Shown one piece after another: positions 16,427 to 25,800 of a DNA stretch of 37,578 nt (position 1 is the first letter of the stretch; every line of letters starts with the position of its first letter). This DNA comes from a virus, in IMG/VR virus record IMGVR_UViG_3300028895_000250; one strand, written 5' to 3'. Below the pieces are notes generated by a model, which searched no databases, was not told the origin of the DNA, and worked only from the letters and a program-made list of their open reading frames with translations. A program made the position numbers and the translations under genes.

Positions 16427-18882
16427 TGCTATCGACAGTGCCTTCATATAGCGAATTTGCCCGCCGCACAGCCGGCGAATGGGCATTTATAGTGACCCTG
16501 ACTGTCGATGGCACAGTCTACACTATGTCTGACCGTGCCCTGTCCAAAGACTTACCCTTTCCCGTTCTAGATTTATTGCGCGGCGATACAACAGTGTCCG
16601 AAGCAGTTGACATCTATGACCGCACCTGGGCCGCGCCGGAGGCTACTATATCAATCAACAACTCGCCGTTTTTCAGGTCATCGGAATCGTCCGACGAAGG
16701 GATGCTGTTACGCCCGTCGGATAAATTCGGCGATATCGAAGGCTGTGCGCTGACGATCAGTTTATGGCTTGGGCCGGTTGGCGGCTGGAATCTCATGATC
16801 TTCAACGGCACGGTCAGCGAGACGCCGGATATCACCGCTGAGTCGATAACCGTTGTGGCTACGGCAGAGGTTGCAGAGATCAATACCCGGATACCGCAGA
16901 CTATAATCACCCGTGACGATTATCCGAATGCGCCGGAGGAGTCAGTCGGTCGAGCGATCCCCCGGCCATACGGTGTTTTTTCAGAAGAACAGTTCCTCAA
17001 TCATGGTGGACTTGTCCCTTGCGAGCGTGTCAGCGAAAACCGCTGGCAGATATGCGCTGATTCAAATACGATCAAAAGCATTGACGCCGTGTGGGTTTAT
17101 TCCGAAGGCCTGGGAATGTGGGTCAAGCTGTACGATACGTCCGAATATAATGCCAGCGTATACTACGGCTATGTACAGCTGGATTATTTCCGCCCCAAAG
17201 CATATGCGTATATCTATCCTGATATCATTTACCCAGATGACGACTATGGTCTGCAGGTAGCCAGTAGTATAAATGACGGTCGTGGGTTGTATGTGACGCC
17301 TAACGGGTATCAGACATATTACCCAATAGTAACAGTATCATCGACTAAACTCTTTTATGGCAGCACTGCAAACACGAGTCAAATTTTATTGGTTTGGTCA
17401 AAGACATACGAAAAAGACGAAGACACGGCACTCAAAGGAACTAATATTGGCTGGGTCGTTCCTCAAGATGTTGGTGTTAGCGATGAAGACAAAGTAGCCT
17501 TTGAATATCAATTTATTCTCGATAGCAGTTATGTTGCCAAAGTGTATGCTGGTGGAACTGATCGGATGATCAAATTCTCTTGCGCCTATGACGTCACAGA
17601 CAGTACGCCGCACTGGTGCGGTCGCGATATCAATGTCGATGTTACCCGTACAACCGATTGGATACGCGAATATTTAGACGAAAATGTGATGACGTACAAG
17701 TGGGACGAGAAAATAAAATTACATTTTGGCGATGGTAATGTATCCGAGTCTGCATACCCTAATCCGATTGCGATGCTGTTCGGATACAGAATAAACGAAA
17801 CTCTCGCCACTGGTACTGAGACTGGTCGATTGTATGAAGCTCGACTACGAGTACCGTTCCGGGTGAGGCTCGGGCCAGTACGGGCTCAGCCTGCCCCTGG
17901 GGTGAAAATACGAAATAGATTTCTCGATGTAGAAAAGCAGGACATCCGCATGGCTGTCGAGGTCAGCGGGATTAGGTATTCAAGTTCAATCATCGGCAGC
18001 GGGCGCAAGAATTACAACAACTACTCAACCAGCGATACCAATATCTCCGCGCCGTTTATTATCGAAGATATCCTGCGTGATGTTGGTGTTCCTAACATCG
18101 ACACAAGCTCCTTCGATGAAGCGGACAAGCATCTACCGGTTCTCAGTAGCACATCGCCTTATGTGTTTAGCACTCATGTTCTCGTAGCCCACGACAGCGT
18201 AGTCAAAGACGATCAGGACAGTCGTCCGACGGCAAAGGATATGATCGTTGACATCCTGCGCCAGACACCCTATGCGATGACGGTCAACGCCCTGGGGCGA
18301 CCGCGAATGTTGGACATGACCGGCGATCCGCAGATGACCGTACCTTCACCGGCGACGGAGATCCCCCTGGCCGATATCGACCTGAACACTTTCAACATCG
18401 GACGGACCCGGATTGATTTGGTAAAAAATAAGATTATCGTCGAGTATATGCGGCGACCGCACGACGGACAGTTATCGTTCTACGACATCAAGGAAGACAC
18501 CGACAGTCAGGATGAATACGATATCAGAGAAGAACACCTCCGCTGTGACTATCTCGGCGGCAGCGGATCACCGACGGTTGACTACCTGACGGCCTACTAT
18601 TACAGAAACTGGCTGACCGACAAAGCGAACCTCGGCGGATATAACGGGTACTTCCTGTCTCGCCCCAAATGTATGGTTGAGTTTTTCTCGCCGGGTATGA
18701 AGTGGATGCACCTTGAACTCGGCGATTATATAGTTTTTGAAAGTGAATTGGATAAGCACTTCAAACTATTCGGCGCGTCATGGAAGTCATGGCCGCCCCG
18801 GATGTTCATGATCTACAAAATTGTGAAAACAGTATCCGGCGTCAGGATGTCGGCGATAGAGCCGCTGGCCCCGGAGAGTTAA
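16426..18882 (+). CDS. Tail tip/baseplate hub protein (818 aa)
   Basis: Call rests on position and size. TGATG coupling. Contains an AT-rich internal patch at ~17150..18200. Confidence 0.6.
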   Translation: MLSTVPSYSEFARRTAGEWAFIVTLTVDGTVYTMSDRALSKDLPFPVLDLLRGDTTVSEAVDIYDRTWAAPEATISINNSPFFRSSESSDEGMLLRPSDKFGDIEGCALTISLWLGPVGGWNLMIFNGTVSETPDITAESITVVATAEVAEINTRIPQTIITRDDYPNAPEESVGRAIPRPYGVFSEEQFLNHGGLVPCERVSENRWQICADSNTIKSIDAVWVYSEGLGMWVKLYDTSEYNASVYYGYVQLDYFRPKAYAYIYPDIIYPDDDYGLQVASSINDGRGLYVTPNGYQTYYPIVTVSSTKLFYGSTANTSQILLVWSKTYEKDEDTALKGTNIGWVVPQDVGVSDEDKVAFEYQFILDSSYVAKVYAGGTDRMIKFSCAYDVTDSTPHWCGRDINVDVTRTTDWIREYLDENVMTYKWDEKIKLHFGDGNVSESAYPNPIAMLFGYRINETLATGTETGRLYEARLRVPFRVRLGPVRAQPAPGVKIRNRFLDVEKQDIRMAVEVSGIRYSSSIIGSGRKNYNNYSTSDTNISAPFIIEDILRDVGVPNIDTSSFDEADKHLPVLSSTSPYVFSTHVLVAHDSVVKDDQDSRPTAKDMIVDILRQTPYAMTVNALGRPRMLDMTGDPQMTVPSPATEIPLADIDLNTFNIGRTRIDLVKNKIIVEYMRRPHDGQLSFYDIKEDTDSQDEYDIREEHLRCDYLGGSGSPTVDYLTAYYYRNWLTDKANLGGYNGYFLSRPKCMVEFFSPGMKWMHLELGDYIVFESELDKHFKLFGASWKSWPPRMFMIYKIVKTVSGVRMSAIEPLAPES

Positions 18883-18902
18883 GCCGCGAGAGAGGAACGG
18901 AA

Positions 18903-19250
18903 ATGGCAGCGAAGAATGGAAACAAGACGATCATCTCGATCTTGATACCTGTCGTCGTCGTCCTGATTGGCGGCGTATTTGGCATGGCGCAATACCAGAC
19001 ATCGACTACTCGCAAACAAATCGATACGGTAAAAACGGATCACGCAAAGGCCATTGATTGTAACAAGGCAGACATCAAAGAGGTTAAATCGGATGTCGTC
19101 GATCTAAAACTTGGGCAAGTTCAGACCAACGCCAAACTTGATGCCCTCGACGAAAAGATAGACATCCTTCTCCGGGCCAACGGTGTGCCCGATCATATGA
19201 TACCCAAAGCACGGACGGATACGGTTAATCATGAAAACGATACTACTTAA
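18903..19250 (+). CDS. Small membrane-anchored coiled-coil protein (115 aa)
   Basis: ATG lies after GAGAGGAACGG. TM segment IISILIPVVVVLIGGVFGMA, then a heptad-like region (DVVDLKLGQVQTNAKLDALDEKIDILL). The 18780 start in the track was rejected. Confidence 0.55.
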   Translation: MAAKNGNKTIISILIPVVVVLIGGVFGMAQYQTSTTRKQIDTVKTDHAKAIDCNKADIKEVKSDVVDLKLGQVQTNAKLDALDEKIDILLRANGVPDHMIPKARTDTVNHENDTT

Positions 19251-19824
19251 AATATTGGCGGTGGTGTTGCTGGCGTCTATGGCCTATGCCGGAACATACG
19301 GCGGCACTGGCGTTGAATCTACAAATTGGGGTATTGAGGATTATTGGTTCGGTGGATTTTATTTGTTTGACGGATCAACTGACACGCAAGCGGATTCTGT
19401 TGGTTGCTATCTTCGAGTAAGTGACAACCACAGTTTTAGAGCGGCATTAGTAAAGCGTTCGTCCGGTATCAATTTTGAGCTTGTTGATTCTACTGCGGAG
19501 CATGAGTTGAGTGCAGACACGGGGTGGTGTAGCTTTGCTCTGCTAAATAGTGTAACACTTGATTCTGGGACATATTACGGGATTATTTTGTGGAGTAGCG
19601 CAGACGACGACGGAGATATTTATGCCGTGTATTCTGCCTCGGGTAGCGATTCGTTGTTTTATAGAGCGTCTATCGAGTACGAATATGGTGACACTCTTCG
19701 TCCCTGGACTATGTATTTACCGACATTTTTGTCCGTTCCGGCGGCGTTATATGATGTTTCAAGTTATTTTGTAACATCCGAACCATCATCAGGTAGTAAG
19801 CGCAAGCGCGCACATCATCGATAA
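19231..19824 (+). CDS. Secreted protein with Sec signal peptide (197 aa), in the tail module
   Basis: N-terminus MKTILLKILAVVLLASMAYA|G. Lies in the low-GC island. Confidence 0.55.
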   Translation: MKTILLKILAVVLLASMAYAGTYGGTGVESTNWGIEDYWFGGFYLFDGSTDTQADSVGCYLRVSDNHSFRAALVKRSSGINFELVDSTAEHELSADTGWCSFALLNSVTLDSGTYYGIILWSSADDDGDIYAVYSASGSDSLFYRASIEYEYGDTLRPWTMYLPTFLSVPAALYDVSSYFVTSEPSSGSKRKRAHHR

Positions 19825-19840
19825 TTGGGGGCAGTACATA

Positions 19841-22800
19841 ATGGAAAAGAAATTGGGTAAAATAGTTGTTGGCTTGATCGGGGTTATTGCCCTCATCTGG
19901 GTTGTCACGTTTATGGCAGCAGAGTGTCGGGCTGACTTTCTCGGTGTGTACAGTTTGACGGAGTACATTATTGCCCCGGTTCATTCAATTGACAGTGATG
20001 GTAACGAGGTTGATGCTGATTCTGCTCATGTCCTTGTGTGGGAAGAAGGCGTTGGAGACAATACTGTTACTTATTCTGCGCGAACTTCAGATATGACCGC
20101 TGATTGGATTGCTGAATATACTTATGCCGGTGGAGTGAAGGATTATTATTTCCGGGATCAAGCACAGGATATTGATGCTGGGCAATTGCATGGCCAATAT
20201 GTAATGAAAATCAAGTTGTTTGCCGGTGGCGAAGGTTATTCCACCATCCATACTTTTGATGTTACTTCCACGGGTGAACGTGAAGTTGATGTCAATTCAA
20301 TGAGTACCAGTACTAATGCAGCCGATAGTCTTGAATTACGTATGTTACGACATGATCAAGATGATATTACCGACAAACTTGCTGCGATGGGCTTGGCTGA
20401 TTCCGCTGCAGCTATTTGGGGTGATACTGCCGATTCCCCCGGTGAGCGTGAGCGCTTGTTGATTGATGGCGGTGACGCGGCGGATCTTGAGGCCAAAGTA
20501 GACACTGCCGTTTGGGAATCTCGTACCGTTTATAACGAGGTGACGGTAGAAGATTGGGCCAACCATTTTTATCAGTATGATGATGGTGTGTTGTTTGATG
20601 GGTGTGAAGGCATTAGTGGTTGGACTTTTGAGCATGGTGGTAATGGTAGACTAACTGGTGAAGCTACACATACAACTCAGGGTGATTCTGCGATAAGTAT
20701 TTGGACTGGTGACGGAGATACGGCAATTGTTTACAAGGAATTGCTCACGTATGACAATGGTAGATATCGTATTCCGTACATATCAACTATTACATTTGAT
20801 CTCTTTATTGACACGGCAACATGTTATCGTTCCCATAGAGTTGCCGCGTATGCGGATAGTACATCTTCGCTGCATTACCTCAAGGTTAAAATGTGCCGGG
20901 ATTTAGAGGACGGGCCATTTGATATTACCACGAGCGGTTTTTTGCAATACATCTATCTCGATCAAGCCCTTGTCTCCGGCTGGAACCATTTAATTGTCCC
21001 CATGCAGGGGATGGCTGAGATTGGCGATGCCGATTCTAGTGATGTTGGCTTACAAAACAAGTATATCGGTTTTGAAATTGGGGTTGATGGTGCAAACGAT
21101 TCTGTCCGTGTTGTGATTGATAATATTCGCTTTAACGTACGTTCACGCGCCAAACTGATCTTTCGTTACGATGATGGGTTGCAATCGCAATATACACGAG
21201 GATGGCCGTTACATCGTAAATATCACCAACACGCTACATATGCAGTCAGGGGAAATAATTTTACCGGCGTTGATTCCAATATATACATGCTGACAAATCA
21301 TTTAGATGTATTGTATGCAGAGGGCAACGATATTATCAATCACGGGTACACCGGATTGTATTTGTACGACGTTACAGACTCCACGGCACGGAGAAATATT
21401 GACCAGGGACAGCAAGCGTTGAACGACCACGGGTATCAGCGAGCATCAGATGTGTTTGCGTACCCCAGCAACGGTATTGACACTATTGGACTGAGGATAT
21501 TAAAGGAAAATCATAAATTCGCTTGTGGTGGCCGTAACTCGATCCATCATGGCCATGTTGATGTGATTACAGATCCAACCGCAGACGAATTATACAATTT
21601 CCCTTACGTGTACATGGAATATAGTGGATCGGAAAGCATGGACAAGTACCGTCGCATGGTTGACACCGCAATCTTACAGGGCAGTTTGTTAATCTTATCA
21701 ATGCACGAAATATGTAGTACGGATAGTGCAAATGGCTCTGACGCTACTTCCATATCTACAAATGTTGATTCACTTGATGCTTTTCTTAGTTATGTGTACG
21801 ACCGCAGGGCATTAATTGACGTTACTACCTTCTCTGAATACTTTGCTCATCAGCGTACATTCTCGGCGCAGCTAAACACGATTGAGAATAATACAGATTT
21901 GGCGAACGATTCGCTTGAGGTGCTGAATGAAAAAATAGATGCGATGCGAGATAGCCTACAGTATTTGGTGACGGGCGGCGGGGATTCAAATTCCACCACC
22001 GGCATCACCTACGCCGTCGAGCAAGCGGCGATCAATCTCGATAATGCATCCGGCACATTATCCAATGCACAAATTGACGATGATATCGAAGTTGATGTCA
22101 AGACCTGGGCCGGTACTCCGGCAGCAACAGCCGATGACGGATGGGTGACGGCAGTCGGTTTCAGTACACACAGTGCAGGGGATATATGGACGGTGGGTAC
22201 GCGAAGGCTGACCGAGCTGGATGAGGACAATACAACTATCGATCTTGACGGTTCGGCGGTCGGGTCTGTTTCAGGGAATGTAGACGGCAATGTCGCCGGA
22301 TCGGTCGGCTCAGTCACGGCAGGGGTAACTTTACGTGGCGATTCGTTGGGTACGTTAATGGGAGACGTTGATGATATTAAATCCAAAACCGACAATTTAC
22401 CCACCGATCCCGCTGACGATTCAGATATAGATGGTCAACTCGCAGCGATTCAGGCAGACCTTGATAATCCCAATCAGTATAAAGCCACAGGATTTTCAAC
22501 GCATGGCCCCGGCGATCCGTGGGATGTAGCAACCAGTGACCATACGACAATAGGCACGTTTGCGGAATTGTTGGAAGCTGACTCGACAAATATCGCAGCC
22601 ATTAAAGAGCGCACCGACAACCTGCCAGATGATCCCGCAGACGACAGCGATATAGATGGACAGCTTTCCGCGATTAATGCAAAGACGACGAATCTACCAA
22701 GTGACCCGGCGGATGACAGTGATATCGACGGACAACTGGCAACAATTCAAGCAGACCTCGATAATCCAAGTCAGTACATGGCAACCGGCTTCTCCACGTT

Positions 22801-23785
22801 CGACCCGGATGCTGATACCGTTGGTCTCGGTACTGGAACGTATACTGCGATTGCTAAAGAATCATCGTTATTCGATCCTGATGCAGACACTGTCGGCCTG
22901 GGGTCGGGAACATACGCAGCGCTGGTTGCCGGATCGTCGTCATGGGCGGACACGCTGCGGAATATTATGGAGGCGATATTCGACACCACGCTTAGTATAG
23001 CCCCGGATTCAACTGGCGGACTATTCGAGCGCCTCACCTGGATTGCTGAAAACATGGCATCAGCCGGTGCCGATTCAGGCACTATCCATCGGATTCTTGA
23101 GGATGAATTGAACGTCGCCCGCGATGCAACCAAATCAGATTACCAATCGACCACCGGTCCCGGCGCGATTCCGGTCCGGGTCTATGCCTACGATTCAACG
23201 AATGCGGTATCTGTTGCCGGGGTGCGGATCAACGTCAAGTTGGCTGACGGTACGCCGAAACATTATGATCTGACCGGCTCCGACGGCTGGGCAAATATGA
23301 CGCTGGCTGTCGGTGAACGGTACATCTATGCCGAGCATAACAACTACGACTTCACCACTCCGGCCTGTACGCTGACCGTGCCGACGGATAGTCTGCGAGA
23401 TACCGTCTATGCAACCGCCTTCGATCCCGGCGATCCCGGCGACGCCGACCTGAAACGAATCTACGGCTGGATCAAAAACGCGGGCGACGTAGCCCTCGAA
23501 GGTGCCATCGTTACGCTGACGCTGGACGTTCCCGGTGACACGATACCATACCAGACCGGTACCGGTGTAACAATTCACCGAACGGCGGTCCGAGACACGA
23601 CCGATGCCGACGGCTACTGGTCGCTGGACATCTACCCGGTCCTGAACGGTGACGGCACGGCGTTTATCACACCGGCGAGTAGCGAGTACCACTATCGGGC
23701 GACGTACGATAACAACTATCTCAGCCAGCACCAGAAAACATTCAGGCCGTCGGATACTACTGCGACGGCGATAACGAGCTTCTGA
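19841..23785 (+). CDS. Large tail fibre / receptor-binding protein with N-terminal hydrophobic anchor, CE4 polysaccharide deacetylase-like domain, repeat region and two prealbumin-like C-terminal domains
   Basis: N-terminal segment IVVGLIGVIALIWVVTFMAA. NodB-like motifs FRYDDG (21161..21178), INHGYTG, AYPSNG and LILSMHE. Repeats carry NLP.DPADDSDIDGQL. C-terminal domains include VRINVKLADGTP...TGSDGWANM and AIVTLTL...TDADGYWSL. Confidence 0.7.
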   Translation: MEKKLGKIVVGLIGVIALIWVVTFMAAECRADFLGVYSLTEYIIAPVHSIDSDGNEVDADSAHVLVWEEGVGDNTVTYSARTSDMTADWIAEYTYAGGVKDYYFRDQAQDIDAGQLHGQYVMKIKLFAGGEGYSTIHTFDVTSTGEREVDVNSMSTSTNAADSLELRMLRHDQDDITDKLAAMGLADSAAAIWGDTADSPGERERLLIDGGDAADLEAKVDTAVWESRTVYNEVTVEDWANHFYQYDDGVLFDGCEGISGWTFEHGGNGRLTGEATHTTQGDSAISIWTGDGDTAIVYKELLTYDNGRYRIPYISTITFDLFIDTATCYRSHRVAAYADSTSSLHYLKVKMCRDLEDGPFDITTSGFLQYIYLDQALVSGWNHLIVPMQGMAEIGDADSSDVGLQNKYIGFEIGVDGANDSVRVVIDNIRFNVRSRAKLIFRYDDGLQSQYTRGWPLHRKYHQHATYAVRGNNFTGVDSNIYMLTNHLDVLYAEGNDIINHGYTGLYLYDVTDSTARRNIDQGQQALNDHGYQRASDVFAYPSNGIDTIGLRILKENHKFACGGRNSIHHGHVDVITDPTADELYNFPYVYMEYSGSESMDKYRRMVDTAILQGSLLILSMHEICSTDSANGSDATSISTNVDSLDAFLSYVYDRRALIDVTTFSEYFAHQRTFSAQLNTIENNTDLANDSLEVLNEKIDAMRDSLQYLVTGGGDSNSTTGITYAVEQAAINLDNASGTLSNAQIDDDIEVDVKTWAGTPAATADDGWVTAVGFSTHSAGDIWTVGTRRLTELDEDNTTIDLDGSAVGSVSGNVDGNVAGSVGSVTAGVTLRGDSLGTLMGDVDDIKSKTDNLPTDPADDSDIDGQLAAIQADLDNPNQYKATGFSTHGPGDPWDVATSDHTTIGTFAELLEADSTNIAAIKERTDNLPDDPADDSDIDGQLSAINAKTTNLPSDPADDSDIDGQLATIQADLDNPSQYMATGFSTFDPDADTVGLGTGTYTAIAKESSLFDPDADTVGLGSGTYAALVAGSSSWADTLRNIMEAIFDTTLSIAPDSTGGLFERLTWIAENMASAGADSGTIHRILEDELNVARDATKSDYQSTTGPGAIPVRVYAYDSTNAVSVAGVRINVKLADGTPKHYDLTGSDGWANMTLAVGERYIYAEHNNYDFTTPACTLTVPTDSLRDTVYATAFDPGDPGDADLKRIYGWIKNAGDVALEGAIVTLTLDVPGDTIPYQTGTGVTIHRTAVRDTTDADGYWSLDIYPVLNGDGTAFITPASSEYHYRATYDNNYLSQHQKTFRPSDTTATAITSF

Positions 23786-23786
23786 T

Positions 23787-24209
23787 ATGTGGACACAGAC
23801 AGACATTTTTGTAGCGACGCTCCGGCGCTTTCACGGCGTGAAGTATGTTTACGGCGGCGGCCATTGGGGTAAGCCCTACCCGGAATGCGGTGGAGTTGAT
23901 TGTTCGGGGCATCCCCGGATTGCCCTGATCGATGCCGGAATACGAAAGCCGACCTGGGACAACAACTCTCAAGGGATGTACGTCGAGTTTGACAAATGCG
24001 ATCTGCCTGGGGTCGGTGTCTTTGCGTTCTGGGCCAGGCCAGGCAGCATGATTTCCCACGTCGAACCGATCATTGGCATGGCTGACGGTCGATGGGTGTG
24101 TCTTGGCGCTCGGCAGAGTATTGGGTCTGTCTGCTATACCCGGTTGAACGATCCACGACCGGGGGTTGAGTTATACGGACTTGCAATACCATTCACAGAG
24201 GGGGTCTAA
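23787..24209 (+). CDS. NlpC/P60-family peptidoglycan endopeptidase (endolysin)
   Basis: YVYGGG...GVDCSG (catalytic Cys) and a downstream ISHVEPIIG (His). Followed immediately by a holin-like ORF. Confidence 0.8.
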   Translation: MWTQTDIFVATLRRFHGVKYVYGGGHWGKPYPECGGVDCSGHPRIALIDAGIRKPTWDNNSQGMYVEFDKCDLPGVGVFAFWARPGSMISHVEPIIGMADGRWVCLGARQSIGSVCYTRLNDPRPGVELYGLAIPFTEGV

Positions 24210-24398
24210 ATGGACAAAGCGATCGGTCAAAAATCAACATGGTGGACGACCATGCTGATCATCATCTGCGCGTCGGTTCTTCTGTATTTCGACAAAATCG
24301 GCGCAGAAATATGGCTGGCTTCTACCGGTCTTGGTGGTGTCGGTTATATGTGGCGCGAGACTAAACGTGACACCAACAAAAACGGAGGTTCACAATGA
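24210..24398 (+). CDS. Holin-like protein (62 aa, two TM segments, charged C-terminus)
   Basis: TM segments WWTTMLIIICASVLLYF and IWLASTGLGGVGYMW, then RETKRDTNKNGG. Adjacent to the endolysin. Confidence 0.65.
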   Translation: MDKAIGQKSTWWTTMLIIICASVLLYFDKIGAEIWLASTGLGGVGYMWRETKRDTNKNGGSQ

Positions 24399-24928
24399 GA
24401 TCGAAATTGTTGATTGTATTATTGCTTCTGCTAATCCCGGTCATGGCTCAGGCGCAGTCGTTCCCGAATGTCATGGGCGGCGTAGGTATCGGCGGTGAGA
24501 TTCACGGTCCGAGCGAAGGCGCGGTATGGACAATGAAAGTTGGCGCGGTCAAAGTCCCGGCGCTGGTATTGCCGCGTGGCCTGAACGACTCGACTGCGGC
24601 GTTCTACGTTGCAGTACAACACGGCGATACGGACGGCGGTGCAACCGGCGGCATGGGCGGCAAATTGATGCTGGCGATAAGAACGCTGATTCCACAGACG
24701 ACGGTTATCGTAGGCGGCGGCTGGCTCGACGACATTGCCCTCCGCAAAGACCCGGACGCCGAAGAACCGCAACTGGAACCGGGCTACGTTATCGACTTCG
24801 GGCTGCATTTCAAATTAACAAAAAGTGGGCTGGGTAATCTGATTATCCACTCGACAGTTATGGATCGTGGTGCGTCCGACGATCTGTCCATCCACCTGTT
24901 CGCCCTATACTCGATTACTGCGGGGTAA
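24395..24928 (+). CDS. Secreted Gly-rich beta-rich protein (177 aa) in the lysis cassette
   Basis: ATGA coupling to the holin. Signal peptide MRSKLLIVLLLLLIPVMAQA|QS. Alternating hydrophobic pattern. No lipobox and no C-terminal TM, so it is not a recognisable spanin. Confidence 0.6.
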   Translation: MRSKLLIVLLLLLIPVMAQAQSFPNVMGGVGIGGEIHGPSEGAVWTMKVGAVKVPALVLPRGLNDSTAAFYVAVQHGDTDGGATGGMGGKLMLAIRTLIPQTTVIVGGGWLDDIALRKDPDAEEPQLEPGYVIDFGLHFKLTKSGLGNLIIHSTVMDRGASDDLSIHLFALYSITAG

Positions 24929-24930
24929 CC

Positions 24931-25743
24931 ATGCGGGCGCTCGTACTCTCAGGCGGCGGCGCGAAGGGTGCGTTCGAGGCCGGGGTTGTCCTTGAGCTGG
25001 CGAAGGCCGGGCGGGATTACGATCTGGTCGTCGGTGTATCGACCGGCGCGCTGTCGGCGTTGGTGCTTGGCCAGGATAGCAACTTTCTGACCGCAGCCAA
25101 ACGCCTGTGGGCGCATTATGAGGCCATCAAAGGCCCGAAGGATATCTACAAGTCGCGCTCGCTGTGGGGCAAACTCCGGGGCGGCCTGTACTCACTTAAG
25201 CCGTTGCGCAAAAAGATCGTGGCCGAGGTCGCCCGCGACGGTTTCAGCCGGACTACCCGCGTCGGTGTGGTGAATCTGGAAACCGGGGAATTCAAACTGG
25301 TCGGCCCGATGGATATCTGTTTCGTCGATTACGTGCTGGCGTCGTGCAGTTTCCCGCCATACTTCCCGCCGGTTAAGATTTGGGGCCGTCCGTACATGGA
25401 CGGAGGCCTCCGCAACATCGCCCCGGTTCAGGCAGCGATTGACGCTGGTGCCACGACAATCGATCTGGTGCTGGCCTCGCCGAGCAATTTGGATTCGTGG
25501 AAACCGTCGGGCTGGACCTGGGATATCGCCGGGCGGGCCGTTTCGATTGCCGTCAACGAGGTCTATCGCGGCGATCTGGCCAACGGACACCCGGTAGATG
25601 TCCAGAAATTTGAGCCGTTGCCGGATGAGTATCGGGAAATGTGGGGAGGGGAATTCATCGGCACGCTGGAATTCGATCCGACAAAAATCCAAAGCGCAAT
25701 GATATATGGGCAGGCGGTCGCCCAAAAGCTCCTGTCTCCGTAG
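24931..25743 (+). CDS. Patatin-like phospholipase (270 aa), no signal peptide
   Basis: GGGAKG oxyanion loop at aa 8-13, GVSTG nucleophile elbow (Ser37) and MDGGL catalytic Asp (Asp157). All three patatin hallmarks are intact. Confidence 0.85.
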   Translation: MRALVLSGGGAKGAFEAGVVLELAKAGRDYDLVVGVSTGALSALVLGQDSNFLTAAKRLWAHYEAIKGPKDIYKSRSLWGKLRGGLYSLKPLRKKIVAEVARDGFSRTTRVGVVNLETGEFKLVGPMDICFVDYVLASCSFPPYFPPVKIWGRPYMDGGLRNIAPVQAAIDAGATTIDLVLASPSNLDSWKPSGWTWDIAGRAVSIAVNEVYRGDLANGHPVDVQKFEPLPDEYREMWGGEFIGTLEFDPTKIQSAMIYGQAVAQKLLSP

Positions 25744-25771
25744 GGCGGGGGAGTTTTCACCCTCTCAAGGA

Positions 25772-25799
25772 CCCCGGCGGCGATGTCGTCGGGGTTTTT
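25772..25799 (+). terminator. Rho-independent terminator ending the long plus-strand (late) operon
   Basis: Stem CCCCGGCG / CGTCGGGG (one G-U pair), 7-nt loop, T5 run at 25795..25799. Confidence 0.75.
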
Positions 25800-25800
25800 G

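Noticed and set aside
22140-23785. Diversity-generating retroelement targeting the fibre C-terminus
   Set aside because: No reverse transcriptase ORF and no template/variable repeat pair were found. The fibre repeats differ by many synonymous changes rather than adenine-specific substitutions.
24395-24928. The 177-aa secreted protein as a unimolecular spanin or o-spanin
   Set aside because: It has a type I signal (AQA|QS) rather than a lipobox Cys, and no C-terminal TM helix. No i-spanin partner is embedded or adjacent.
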